DNA of 64,000 nt, taken from contig JAJYWQ010000044.1 of NCBI GenBank assembly GCA_021791415.1, forward strand, positions 12,401 to 76,400, in the 5' to 3' direction. This DNA is from a bacterium (GTDB lineage Bacteria > Chloroflexota > Dormibacteria > Aeolococcales > Bog-877). The notes beneath the pieces are model-generated. The model made no database searches and had not been told where the DNA came from. It worked only from the letters and a program-made list of their open reading frames with translations. Numbering within the stretch: position 1 is the stretch's first letter; each line of letters begins with the position of its first letter. Made by a program: the position numbers and the translations under genes. Below, piece after piece: positions 34,840 to 44,281 of the stretch.

Positions 34840-36306
34840 TCACCCAGCGGGGCTGACCGGCAACCCGACCGCCCGGTCCACCTGGTCGGCGGCCGGCTCC
34901 TGCGTCAGCGGGCGTTGGACGGGGATGCGCACCTCGAAGGTCGCCCCCCCTCCCTCGGTCGGCCGGTACTGCACGGTGCCCTGGTGGGCGGTGACGATGG
35001 CGCTCACAATCGAAAGGCCGAGTCCCGTGCCCCCGGTCGCCCTCCCCCTGGACCGATCGCCTCGATAGAAGCGCTCGAAGATGCGCGCCGCCAACTCGTC
35101 AGGAATCCCCGGGCCGTGGTCAATCACCTGCACCACTCCCTGGTCTCCGACCAGCCGGGCGTCGATCTCCACCGCGGTTCCCTCCGGGGTGTGGACCACG
35201 GCGTTGCGCACCAAGTTGGTGACCACCTGCCGGAGCCGCGCCTCGTCCCCCTGGACGATCACCGGCGACCCCGCGTGAACGCGAATCCGGTGGCGGCGGT
35301 CGGCGGCTGACTGGTCAGCCGCCGCGTCCACCGCCAGCTCGGCCAGGTCGACCGGCTTGCGGTCCAGGGGCCGACCCCGATCCAGGCGGGCGAGAAGGAG
35401 CAGGTCATCCACCAGAAGGCCCATCCGCGTGGCTTCGCTTTCGATCCGGCTCATCGCCTTGTCCAGGTCATCGGGGTTGGAGCGAGCCCCGCGCCGGAAC
35501 AGCTCGGCGTAGCCTCGAATCGAGCTGAGGGGAGTGCGCAGCTCGTGGGACGCATCCGCGGCGAACTGCCGTAGACGCGCTTCGGATGCCTGGCGCTCGG
35601 CGAAGGCGCTCTCGATCTGGGCCAGCATCTCGTTGAGGCTGATGGCCAGCTGGCCGATCTCAGTCCGTTCGTCCACCCCCTGGACCCGTTGACTGAGATC
35701 GCCCCCGGCGATCTTTCGCGCCGTGTCCCGGATTTGCCGCAGCGGGCGGAGGCCGAGGTCCACCAGCCACCAAGCCGCCAGGCCCAGGGCCACCAGGACC
35801 ACTGCCCCCACGAGTATCTCAAGGGTCTGGAGCTGGCTCAAGGTCGCCTCCACCGACGTGAGGGGCATGGCCACCACGAAGGGCTCGGCCGGCCCGCCGG
35901 CAACCTGGACGCCGACCAGCAGGCCACGGAACGTGACCCCGTCACGGTTGCCCGCCGCCGTGAAGAAGTAGGGGGACGGAGGAATGTTGCCCGCGGTGAC
36001 CGAGGCCGGCAGGACCGGCCGCGGGGTGGTCTGAGCCGAGCCCCAGACCACCCCCTCCTGGCTCCCCCCGGGTCCAATGAAGGCGGCGTAGCTGCCCTCC
36101 GGGAGAGCGGTGCTGGTGGGGCAGTCGTTGTGGGTTACCTGGGAGATCACGCAGGCTCTGGCCGAGTCCACGGACTGCAGGAGTGCCTGCTCCAGCCGAT
36201 TCCAGAGGGACGACTGGAGCGCCAGATAGGTGACAGCGTCGGTGGCGACCAAGCCCGCCGCCACCAGGGCGATCAGGGCCAGCAGGAGCCGTAGGCGGAG
36301 GGTCAT
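34840..36306 (-). CDS. Sensor histidine kinase (HAMP, HisKA, HATPase), OmpR-partner type
   Basis: Two TM flanking a periplasmic domain. ADASHELRTPLSSIRGYAELF H-box. N, G1, G2 boxes. Confidence 0.8.
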   Translation of the reverse strand: MTLRLRLLLALIALVAAGLVATDAVTYLALQSSLWNRLEQALLQSVDSARACVISQVTHNDCPTSTALPEGSYAAFIGPGGSQEGVVWGSAQTTPRPVLPASVTAGNIPPSPYFFTAAGNRDGVTFRGLLVGVQVAGGPAEPFVVAMPLTSVEATLSQLQTLEILVGAVVLVALGLAAWWLVDLGLRPLRQIRDTARKIAGGDLSQRVQGVDERTEIGQLAISLNEMLAQIESAFAERQASEARLRQFAADASHELRTPLSSIRGYAELFRRGARSNPDDLDKAMSRIESEATRMGLLVDDLLLLARLDRGRPLDRKPVDLAELAVDAAADQSAADRRHRIRVHAGSPVIVQGDEARLRQVVTNLVRNAVVHTPEGTAVEIDARLVGDQGVVQVIDHGPGIPDELAARIFERFYRGDRSRGRATGGTGLGLSIVSAIVTAHQGTVQYRPTEGGGATFEVRIPVQRPLTQEPAADQVDRAVGLPVSPAG

Positions 36307-36308
36307 GG

Positions 36309-37001
36309 TCAGCCCCGGGGCAGTCGCAGAACGTACCCCATGCCCCTCACGGTGTGGATGAGCGGCGGATCGAAGGCGTCCACCTTCTTGCGCAGGTAGC
36401 TGATGTAGGTCTCCAGGATCCCGGCGTCGCCGCCGAAGTCATAACTCCACACGTGGTCGAGGATCTGGGCCCTTGTCAGCACGCGGCGGGCGTTGATCAG
36501 CAGGTAGCGGAGGAGCCGATACTCGGTGGCCGTGAGCTCGATCGGGTGCTCGCCCCGGCGCACCTCGCGCAGGTCCTCGTCCATCTCCAAGTCCGCGAAG
36601 GTGAGGATGTTGCGGCTCTCTTGGCGGTGCCCGCTGCGTCTGAGGATGACCCTAACACGGGCGATCAGCTCGTCAAGGCTGAAGGGCTTGGTGACGTAGT
36701 CGTCCCCCCCTACCGTGAGCCCGCGGACCTTGTCCTCCGTCGCGTCCTTGGCGGTCAGGAAGAGGATCGGCACGTCTATCCCGGTCGCCGCCACAGTCCG
36801 GGCCACCTCGAAGCCGTCCTGATCCGGGAGCATGACGTCCAGGATCACCAGGTGGGGCTTGAACTGACGGACCTTTTCCAGGGCCTCTCTGGCGCTCCGC
36901 GCCGTCTCGGTGTCGAAGTCGGCGTAGCGGAGCGCGGTGGAGACCAGTTCGACCAGGTTGAGCTCGTCGTCCACCACCAGCACCCGAGTGCGCTCACCCA
37001 C
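36309..37001 (-). CDS. OmpR-family response regulator
   Basis: RVLVVDDELNLVELV...ILDVMLPDQDG receiver. Winged-helix C-terminus (HTVRGMGYVL). ATGA overlap with the kinase. Confidence 0.85.
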   Translation of the reverse strand: MGERTRVLVVDDELNLVELVSTALRYADFDTETARSAREALEKVRQFKPHLVILDVMLPDQDGFEVARTVAATGIDVPILFLTAKDATEDKVRGLTVGGDDYVTKPFSLDELIARVRVILRRSGHRQESRNILTFADLEMDEDLREVRRGEHPIELTATEYRLLRYLLINARRVLTRAQILDHVWSYDFGGDAGILETYISYLRKKVDAFDPPLIHTVRGMGYVLRLPRG

Positions 37002-37191
37002 GCGCGAATTGTGGCCCCATTTGCTGAGAGTTGGCTGGGCGACATCTGAGCCGGCTGCGTGGGTACTCCGAGCAAATTCTCAGGCCGATCACAGCGCCCC
37101 CCCAGCTCTGGGGATCAGAGTGGCAGCTGTCGCCGGCACGGGCCCTGCGGGCCGGTCCGGCGGCAGCCCTATCCTTCCCTCCCCGCAGCGG

Positions 37192-37220
37192 CCCGGCACC
37201 AGCCGGGTCGCTGTATTTTT
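37192..37220 (+). terminator. Plus-strand intrinsic-terminator-like element: GC hairpin followed by a T-tract
   Basis: CCCGGCaccaGCCGGGtcgctgTATTTTTgtg. A T5 run is rare at this GC content. Lies in a 480 bp non-coding gap (37002-37485) upstream of the OmpR-type regulator. Confidence 0.3.
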
Positions 37221-37485
37221 GTGCCCTGTTCGACGCCCCGGCACGGGTCGAAGCGCCCTCCAGGGGCGCGGGGGATCGCCGGGGAGTCCGCCGCTCGAGG
37301 CTCCTTGGCTGGAGTTGGGGGGCGGCCCCGCCACCCACCAACGGGGAAGGCACGTACTGCTGATCTGGCCGCTCCCGTTGCCGGCCGTGACCGTCCACGA
37401 GTGAAGCCACTTCGTCGTCCTGCGCCGCCTCGCGGCGCGGCCACTTCCCGCCATGGGCCTCCTCGACCCAGGCTGGGCTGGATCG

Positions 37486-38211
37486 TCAAGCGGATCCTCC
37501 GGCAACTCCAAGCTGCACTGTCAAGACATGCCTTGCCAACAATGTGCCCGTCAGCTCCGTCTGGCACCTGACTATGCTCCCGAACTCTCGGCCGATCAGC
37601 GCAGTCCACACGTCTCCGCAGGGATGGACGATGGCAGCGTAGTAGGTGGTCACCACTGCCAGCGGCCGAGGTTTGGCACGAATGAACCATCCTTCCGGCT
37701 TGGCCTCGACTGAGTCCATCTCCACCGACGACAGGACCATGGCGGGATCTAGCATCTCTCGAAAATGTGGATCGCGGCAGATGTCTCCGTCATGGAGCCA
37801 CCCCGCTCCGCGATCCCTCGGCCCGAGGTGGTTGTACGGATCCTCCACCTCCTCTGAGCGGCCACTGTGCCGTACGACGTTCCACCCGTTGCGGGTGGCA
37901 CTCAGTTTCTCCTCGCACGACCACTCAACCGCCCCGCCGTACCCAGGGTCCTCAATCCACTGCTCCAAGGTTTGGGACGCCCCACCAGGGTGGCCGAAGA
38001 GCCGGCAACCGGAGATTGCTGCCCAGGGGTTCCTCCATGCGGGAGGAGGGAGCGGGAATCGGCCCCGGGCCACCAACAGGCCTTCCCTCTCATACCTCAC
38101 CCGGACCTGCGCTCGAAACCGGGCTCCTTCCCACCCTTGACCTGACTCGAGCATCCGTTCGACCACGTCTTCCCAAGTCAGGTCGACCTCCGAAACAGGT
38201 GGCCTTTCCAC
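37486..38211 (-). CDS. Hypothetical protein (241 aa, Trp/acidic-rich) on a lower-GC island
   Basis: Protein-like composition (MERPPVSEVDLTWEDVVERMLESGQGWEGARF...). Local GC about 60% and reduced GC3 versus neighbours. 5 nt downstream of the preceding ORF. Confidence 0.45.
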   Translation of the reverse strand: MERPPVSEVDLTWEDVVERMLESGQGWEGARFRAQVRVRYEREGLLVARGRFPLPPPAWRNPWAAISGCRLFGHPGGASQTLEQWIEDPGYGGAVEWSCEEKLSATRNGWNVVRHSGRSEEVEDPYNHLGPRDRGAGWLHDGDICRDPHFREMLDPAMVLSSVEMDSVEAKPEGWFIRAKPRPLAVVTTYYAAIVHPCGDVWTALIGREFGSIVRCQTELTGTLLARHVLTVQLGVAGGSA

Positions 38212-38216
38212 TGCAG

Positions 38217-38798
38217 TCAGTGCCGTCTCTGAGTTGGCGCAGACAGCCAGTCCAACGTGCTACGCAGCCCGCCCCACGCTTCCGATCGCGTCTCCACGTC
38301 AACAAGGGCTCCGAGATGCCAATCCAGGGTTGCCAGCCAGTTGTCAGCGTCACAGTCGACGACACGGCACGAATCGTGGTCACAGGTCCGGGGCCTCGGC
38401 CGGGCTCGAAGCCTCACTCGTTCTCCCGACGCCTCAGCCGAGAAGTCACACAGGAACGCGAGGAAGAGCGCGGGGTCGAGGTGTTCTACCACCGTCCGCG
38501 CCTCATGACTCTCCCACCAGGCGCCACCTCCACCACCTCGACTGGGCCTCCCCGGCCGAGGGTCCTCAACCACCTCCCATGACCCGCCCTTAACCGATAG
38601 CGTCATCGTTCGTACCCACGGCTCAACCCTTGCCAATGCGGGTCCCGGAACTCCGCGCTGGTCGCGATATTGGGTGACTCGCGCGACAAAGTCCATCTCC
38701 CGCAGCAGTCGTGGGGCGATCAACAACCTAGCCACCACGGCTCCGGCCGCCATGGGGCGCCACTCCCGAATCGCGTCTGCAGGCCGCGCCGACGGCAT
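38217..38798 (-). CDS. Hypothetical protein (up to 193 aa) on the lower-GC island. Start uncertain (internal Met MDFVARV possible).
   Basis: Contains CDHDSCRVVDCDADNW Cys/Asp cluster. No recognisable family. Confidence 0.4.
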   Translation of the reverse strand: MPSARPADAIREWRPMAAGAVVARLLIAPRLLREMDFVARVTQYRDQRGVPGPALARVEPWVRTMTLSVKGGSWEVVEDPRPGRPSRGGGGGAWWESHEARTVVEHLDPALFLAFLCDFSAEASGERVRLRARPRPRTCDHDSCRVVDCDADNWLATLDWHLGALVDVETRSEAWGGLRSTLDWLSAPTQRRH

Positions 38799-38984
38799 CT
38801 AGTGGCAGCCAGCTACCAGCCCGCTGGCGTGCGGGCCATCGACGAGTCCTTGTCGATGCGGATGGCCAGCACGGCGGGCCCCGGCTCGACCGTCATGACC
38901 ACCTCACCACCTGCAAGACGGCGATCCAGTGCCTTAGTGCCTATTCGCACCGACCCCGGGTCCAAGCGGCCTGACCGGCCAAAG

Positions 38985-39899
38985 TCATCCCCAGAGCGCC
39001 TCCACCGAGAGGTAGCGCTCGCCGCTGTCGTACGTGAAGGTGAGTACCCTGGCGCCGTCCGCCATCTGCGGCTCCAACGACGCCACAGCCGCCAGCGACG
39101 CGCCGGAAGAGATCCCCACCAGAACCCCCTCCTCCCGAGCCGACCGGCGGGCATAAGCGAACGCCTCATCTGCGGACACCTGGATCACTCCGTCCAGAAG
39201 GTCCTGACGCATAATCCCCGGCACGAACCCGGCACCGATCCCCTGGATTGGATGCGGGCTGTGGGTGCCCCCAGACAAGACCGGGGACAGCTCCGGCTCG
39301 ACCGCGTACACCTTGAGCGCGGGCCATCTCTTTTTCAGCACCTCGGCACACCCGGAGAGGTGCCCTCCGGTGCCCACTCCTGTGACCAGGTAGTCCAGCC
39401 CCTCGGGGAAGTCCGCGGCGATCTCCTCGGCGGTGGTCCGGCGGTGGATGTCGACGTTGGCGGGGTTGTCGAACTGCATGGGCATCCAGGCTCCCGGGGT
39501 CTCCTCGACCAGCTCCCGGGCCCGGGCGATGGCCCCCCTCATCCCCAGCTCTCTCGGGGTGAGGTCGATCTCGGCCCCGTAGGCCGCCATCAGCTTGCGC
39601 CGCTCCACCGAGAACGACTCGGGCATCACCAGGATCAGGCGGTACCCCTTGACGGCGGCCACCATGGCGAGACCCACACCGGTGTTCCCCGAGGTGGGTT
39701 CGACGATGACCGACCCTGAATTGAGGATCCCACCCCGCTCAGCGTCTTCCACCATGGCGAGGGCGATCCTGTCCTTGATGCTGCCCCCGGGGTTGACCCT
39801 CTCCTGCTTGAACCAGACCGTGACCCGGCGGTCGAAGAGGTGGTTGATCCGCACCACCGGAGTTCTGCCGATGGTCTCAAGGATGCTCTCGGCTCTCAC
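38985..39899 (-). CDS. cysK: Cysteine synthase A (O-acetylserine sulfhydrylase)
   Basis: [13 protein letters not shown]...[16 protein letters not shown]...[14 protein letters not shown] fold. Confidence 0.85.
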   Translation of the reverse strand: MRAESILETIGRTPVVRINHLFDRRVTVWFKQERVNPGGSIKDRIALAMVEDAERGGILNSGSVIVEPTSGNTGVGLAMVAAVKGYRLILVMPESFSVERRKLMAAYGAEIDLTPRELGMRGAIARARELVEETPGAWMPMQFDNPANVDIHRRTTAEEIAADFPEGLDYLVTGVGTGGHLSGCAEVLKKRWPALKVYAVEPELSPVLSGGTHSPHPIQGIGAGFVPGIMRQDLLDGVIQVSADEAFAYARRSAREEGVLVGISSGASLAAVASLEPQMADGARVLTFTYDSGERYLSVEALWG

Positions 39900-39933
39900 G
39901 TTGCCTCCCGGGGCCGGGTTCCGGCCCTGCTCA

Positions 39934-40770
39934 TCAGATGACGAAGTCGGGAGGGTCCAGCATCTCCCCCACTTGGCGGACCCGCACCTGACTGGAATGG
40001 TAGACGAGGGAGTAGGGGCCGACGCTGCTGGTCAGCCAGACGTTGCCGCCGACAACGCTGTCGTGCCCGACCACGGTCTCGCCGCCGAGGACGGTGGCGT
40101 TGGCATAGATCACAACCCGGTCCTCGATGGTGGGATGGCGCTTGGTGCCGCTGGCGCCCTTGGCGACGCTGAGGGCGCCCAGGGTGACCCCCTGATAGAG
40201 CTTGACGTCGTCGCCGATGACCGCGGTCTCGCCCACCACGATCCCTGTCCCGTGGTCGATGCAGAGGGCTCGCCCGATCGAGGCGCCGGGATGGATGTCG
40301 ATTCCGGTCCGAGCGTGCGCCACCTCGGCGAAAAGCCGAGGGAGCACGGGAAGGCCCTGATGGTGGAGGTGGTGGGCAACCCGGTGAGTGGCCATGGCCA
40401 GGAAGCCGGGATAGGCGGAGATCACCTCGTCCAAACTCTCCGCGGCGGGATCCCCCGCCAGGATCGCCTCAGCGTCCCGGGCCACCTGCTCCCGGATCAC
40501 CCCCAGGGAGGACAACAGCTGCTCGGACACCGTCCGGCCCTGCCGCTCATCCACGATCCCCCGCACCAGTTCGCACAGGCGGCCCTGAAGGTCCCGGAGG
40601 CCAGCCAGAATGTCTCCTGGCTCGCGGATGACCGTAGATGCCAGCTGGGGGAAGAGGAGCCCCAGGAGGTCGTCCATCCAGCCTTCGACCTCCCGGCGCA
40701 GCGGTATCGCGCGGCTTCCTCCGCGGTGGGCGGCGGCTAGTTCCCTGACGAGGTCGGGAGCTTGGTCCAC
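39934..40770 (-). CDS. cysE: Serine O-acetyltransferase
   Basis: [43 protein letters not shown] hexapeptide repeats. The N-terminal roughly 60 aa of the track ORF is the antisense read-through of a tRNA, so the start was moved to GTG about 40770 (uncertain). Confidence 0.75.
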   Translation of the reverse strand: MDQAPDLVRELAAAHRGGSRAIPLRREVEGWMDDLLGLLFPQLASTVIREPGDILAGLRDLQGRLCELVRGIVDERQGRTVSEQLLSSLGVIREQVARDAEAILAGDPAAESLDEVISAYPGFLAMATHRVAHHLHHQGLPVLPRLFAEVAHARTGIDIHPGASIGRALCIDHGTGIVVGETAVIGDDVKLYQGVTLGALSVAKGASGTKRHPTIEDRVVIYANATVLGGETVVGHDSVVGGNVWLTSSVGPYSLVYHSSQVRVRQVGEMLDPPDFVI

Positions 40771-40884
40771 ACTCCGATTCTCCCAGCAGCGGCCGTCCCG
40801 GCGGCCGTGGGGATCGGTCCCTTCGGATGGCCCGACCCAGACTGGGAACCGGATCGGACCGGCTATCATCGACCAGGACGACTT

Positions 40885-40957
40885 GGGGCCGTGGCGCAGC
40901 GGCAGCGCGCTTCCTTGGCATGGAAGAGGTCGCGGGTTCAATTCCCGCCGGCTCCAC
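40885..40957 (+). tRNA. tRNA-Ala (anticodon GGC)
   Basis: Cloverleaf: acceptor GGGGCCG/CGGCTCC with G3:U70. Anticodon stem CTTCC/GGAAG, loop ttGGCat. T-loop TTCAATT. Confidence 0.8.
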
Positions 40958-41037
40958 TTCACGCCCTCACTCGAAACCTCGACATGGAGTCTGCCGGTTC
41001 GGCCGGGGAATCGCTCTCGATCCGGCCGGTTGCCGAG

Positions 41038-41517
41038 CTAGCGGGGCCGATACTCGCCGGGTAGAAGGCGCGCAGTCACCGCAACTCGGTTCCAGGCGTT
41101 TATGACCACGATCGCCCAGATCAGCTGCGCCAACTCCTCCTCAGCGAAGTGCTGGCGAGCCACCTCGTAGGCCTCGAGAGGGACTCGGGTCTGGGCAACG
41201 TTGGTCACCGCGTCGGTGAGCTGCAACGCCGCCCGCTCGCGATCGGTGAAAAACGGCGCCTCATGCCAGGCCGCCACGGCATGGAGACGCTGCTGGCTCT
41301 CACCCCGAGCGGCGGCCTCCATGGTGTGCATGTCAACACAGTAGGCGCACCCATTGAGAATGGAAGCTCGTAGGCTGACCAGGTCGCGCAGCCCGGAGTC
41401 CAGCTCGACGCAGCCGTCGAGGACCACCATCGCCCGGTAGAGCGCGGGGGCCTGCTCGGACAAATTGATCCTCGGTCGCTCGAAGCCGATCGTGGCATCC
41501 TGGCAGTCCACCTGCAT
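41038..41517 (-). CDS. Carboxymuconolactone decarboxylase-family protein (AhpD-like)
   Basis: ILNGCAYCVDMH core motif. ATG at MQVDCQD has GAGGAG 7 nt upstream. Confidence 0.65.
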   Translation of the reverse strand: MQVDCQDATIGFERPRINLSEQAPALYRAMVVLDGCVELDSGLRDLVSLRASILNGCAYCVDMHTMEAAARGESQQRLHAVAAWHEAPFFTDRERAALQLTDAVTNVAQTRVPLEAYEVARQHFAEEELAQLIWAIVVINAWNRVAVTARLLPGEYRPR

Positions 41518-41589
41518 ATCGATCTCCTCATTCTCGGTAGCGACTTGACTCGGGGCCAGCCTAGCTCCAAGATGGCGCAGTGCCAAGGG

Positions 41590-43022
41590 CCAATCCGCCA
41601 TTAGAATCATGGGCCAATACGCCTGGTTCGGGACTCGACCTCTTCCTAGACCTCGCCGCGGCCCCATCGGGCGGCCCGGGGCTGAGAGCCCGTATCGAGC
41701 GGGGGCTGCGGGAGGCGATCCGATCGGGGCGCCTCTCCGTGGGCAGCCGGCTGCCCCCGACCCGGGAGCTGGCTCGGGATCTCGGGGTGTCCCGTGGCAC
41801 CGTCCTTCAGGCTTACGAGCAGCTCACCGCTGAGGGCTGGCTGGAAGCGAGGCCGGGCTTCGGCACGGTGGTGCGCCTCGAATACAAAGGTGAGCCGACG
41901 ACACCATCGGTGGGCGACGCTCAGCCCGTCCGCTGGCACTTCGACTTCCGGCCGGGGCGGCCTGACCCGAGCTCCTTTCCGCGCCGCGCCTGGCTGCGGG
42001 CGGCACGCCAAGCGATCGGGGCGGCGCCGAACCACGCCTTCTCCATCGGCGACCCCCAGGGCCACCTGGCCCTTCGGTTGGAGCTCGGTGCCTACCTCAG
42101 CCGGGCCCGAGGCCTGCAGGCGCCGCCCACCAGGGTGGTGGTGACCACGGGATTCATCCAGAACCTTGGGCTCATCGTCCGAAGCCTGGGGACGGGGGCG
42201 GGTAGGGTCGCCATGGAGGACCCGTGTCTGCCGCTCCACCGAGCGGTCGTCCAGGCCCACGGCCGTGATCCCATCCCCATAGCAGTGGACGGTGACGGGC
42301 TCCAGGTGTCAGACCTGGAGGGACGCGAGGACGTCTCCCTGGTCGTCGTCACCCCCAACCGGCAGCATCCCACCGGAGTCGTGCTCATCCCTGAGCGGCG
42401 GGCTCGGCTCTTGGCCTGGGCACGCCGGACAGGGGCGCTGGTCCTCGAAGACGACTACGACGGCGAGTTCCGGTACGACCGCCATCCCGTGAGTGCCCTC
42501 CAGAGTCTGGACCCGGAGGTGGTGGCCTACGCCGGCACCGTCTCCAAGACGCTGTCGCCCGCCGTCCGCCTCGGCTGGCTGGTGCTCCCGCAGGCTCGAG
42601 TTACAGCGGTGGTGGAGCAGAAGGCATACTCGGACTGGCAGAGTGGCGTCCTCGAGCAGCTGACCTTCGCCGAGTTCCTGCGGAGCGGCGCCTTCGACCG
42701 CCACGTGCGCCGAATGCGCCTCGTCTACCGCCACCGACGGGATGCGGTGATCCGCTCGCTGGCGAGGGTTCGACCCGACCTCCAGGTGGCCGGTGCCGAG
42801 GCCGGGCTCGACCTCTTGGTCCCGATGTCCGCGCCCACGGTCGAGGCGTCGGCCCTGGCCGCGGCGGCGGCCGCGGGCATCGGCCTCGGCGGGCTGTCGG
42901 GCGGCGGGTACTACCACCACGGGACAAGCTCCGGGGTGATGGTCGGCTACGGCGCCACCATGGAGTCCACCTTTGCCCGCGGAGTCGAGGCTCTTGCTGT
43001 CACATTCGCGCACCTGAGGTGA
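41590..43022 (+). CDS. MocR/GabR-family regulator (GntR HTH fused to a PLP-dependent aminotransferase-like domain)
   Basis: LPPTRELARDLGVSRGTVLQAYEQLTAEGWLEARPGFGTVV HTH. C-terminal fold-type I domain with VSKTLSPAVRLGWLV (Lys). Confidence 0.75.
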
Positions 43023-43281
43023 GCCGGCTGGGAGGATTGGCCCCACCTGCGACCGCCGTTTGACGCTCGAGCCGGCCAGCCCCCGCTCGGAGGTGAGCCC
43101 AGTCAGTGCTCCCACCTGGTCAGGATGTGGCCCGGCCCGGCCAACCAGTTGAGGCCTCCGGCTGCTGGCGGCGACGGATCGAGCATGGGAGTGAGGCCAA
43201 GGGAACCAGGTGGTCGGCGCCGCCTCCTCCCTGTCCAGGCGCTCAGCCGGCCCTGGAGATTCGAAGTTGGACTGGCCCGCG

Positions 43282-43782
43282 CTATCCGTCGCGGGAGGCC
43301 GCGAAGGCGCTGCTCAACTTCTCCCAGGTGGCGTCGAGGTGCTCGGGAACCACCTTCACGTCGGCCAACACCGGCATGAAGTTGGTGTCCCCGGACCAGC
43401 GCGGGACCAGGTGGAAATGGAGGTGGGTGTCGATCCCCGCCCCGGCCACACGTCCCTGGTTCCAGCCACCGTTGAAGCCGTCGCAGCCCAGTTCGGCCTC
43501 CAGGACTCGGGTCGCCAGCTGAAGCTGCCCCACCACGTCCGCCAGCTCGGCGGCATCCAGGACCGCCAGGTCGCCACCATGCGAACGGGGAGCCACCATG
43601 AGGTGCCCGGGGTTGTACGGGAAGCGATTGAGCATGACCAGGGAGAGCGCGCCCCGGTGCACCACAAGGGACTCCCGGTCGCCGGCCCCCAGGGCCCGGC
43701 AGAAGATGCACTCAGCGGGCGGCTGGGAGTCGGTCACCCTGTCGATGTAGGCCATCCGCCACGGCGCCCAGAGGGTCTCCAT
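43282..43782 (-). CDS. HIT-family (histidine triad) nucleotide hydrolase
   Basis: CIFCR...GIDTHLHFHLVPR histidine triad. Confidence 0.75.
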   Translation of the reverse strand: METLWAPWRMAYIDRVTDSQPPAECIFCRALGAGDRESLVVHRGALSLVMLNRFPYNPGHLMVAPRSHGGDLAVLDAAELADVVGQLQLATRVLEAELGCDGFNGGWNQGRVAGAGIDTHLHFHLVPRWSGDTNFMPVLADVKVVPEHLDATWEKLSSAFAASRDG

Positions 43783-43807
43783 GCGCTCCTCCCCAATTCG
43801 CCCGAAG

Positions 43808-43851
43808 TTGACGCGCTGCCCGGCGCCCCCTTAGACTACCGGGGTCCCCGG
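43808..43851 (+). promoter_or_regulatory. Candidate promoter TTGACG-18-TAGACT followed by palindrome CCGGGGTCCCCGG, upstream of the bS22 ORF
   Basis: cgaagTTGACGcgctgcccggcgcccccTTAGACTaCCGGGGtCCCCGG. Confidence 0.3.
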
Positions 43852-43941
43852 GCAGCCGCGTGGAGGGCTGTCCCAGATCCGCCTGCGGGCGCTTGTGAGG
43901 TGCTCTTCTTCGTGGGTTCGGTGATCAAGAAGCGGCGCAAG

Positions 43942-44007
43942 AAGATGCGCAAGCACAAGCACAAGAAGATGCTCAAGAAGACCCGCTGGCAGCGCCGCGG
44001 GAGCTGA
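43942..44007 (+). CDS. Ribosomal protein bS22 (AURKAIP1/DUF1713-type basic peptide, 21 aa)
   Basis: GTG start. MGSVIKKRRKKMRKHKHKKMLKKTRWQRRGS matches the actinobacterial bS22 pattern. GAGGTG 8-13 nt upstream. Confidence 0.6.
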   Translation, partial: KMRKHKHKKMLKKTRWQRRGS

Positions 44008-44063
44008 GCCTCTCCCCTTTTTCTTCGAGCTGGCAGCGACGGGGCGGGTCTATACTGCCCCCG

Positions 44064-44139
44064 GGGGCGATAGCTCAGCTGGCAGAGCGCTGCTTTCGCA
44101 CGGCAGAGGTCAGGGGTTCAAGTCCCCTTCGCTCCACCA
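44064..44139 (+). tRNA. tRNA-Ala (anticodon CGC), CCA encoded
   Basis: Acceptor GGGGCGA/TCGCTCC with G3:U70. D-arm GCTCAGCTGGCAGAGC. Anticodon loop ttCGCac. T-loop TTCAAGT. Followed by the GGTCGCCgcgGGCGACC hairpin. Confidence 0.8.
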
Positions 44140-44281
44140 CGGTCGCCGCGGGCGACCTTCGGGTCGGGACCCCGCGGAGCGAGCGGTCCCAGCGATCGCC
44201 CACACCTGCGGACGCCGACGTGGGTGCCCGAGGAGCAGAAGGCGCCCGGCGAAGTCGACCCGGCGCCAGGGGCTGGGGAGA

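Noticed and set aside
39934-40962. N-terminal roughly 60 aa of the cysE track ORF (MKWSRRELNPRPLPCQGSALPLRH...)
   Set aside because: This is the characteristic antisense translation of a tRNA gene (tRNA-Ala at 40885-40957). The true cysE start is downstream of it.
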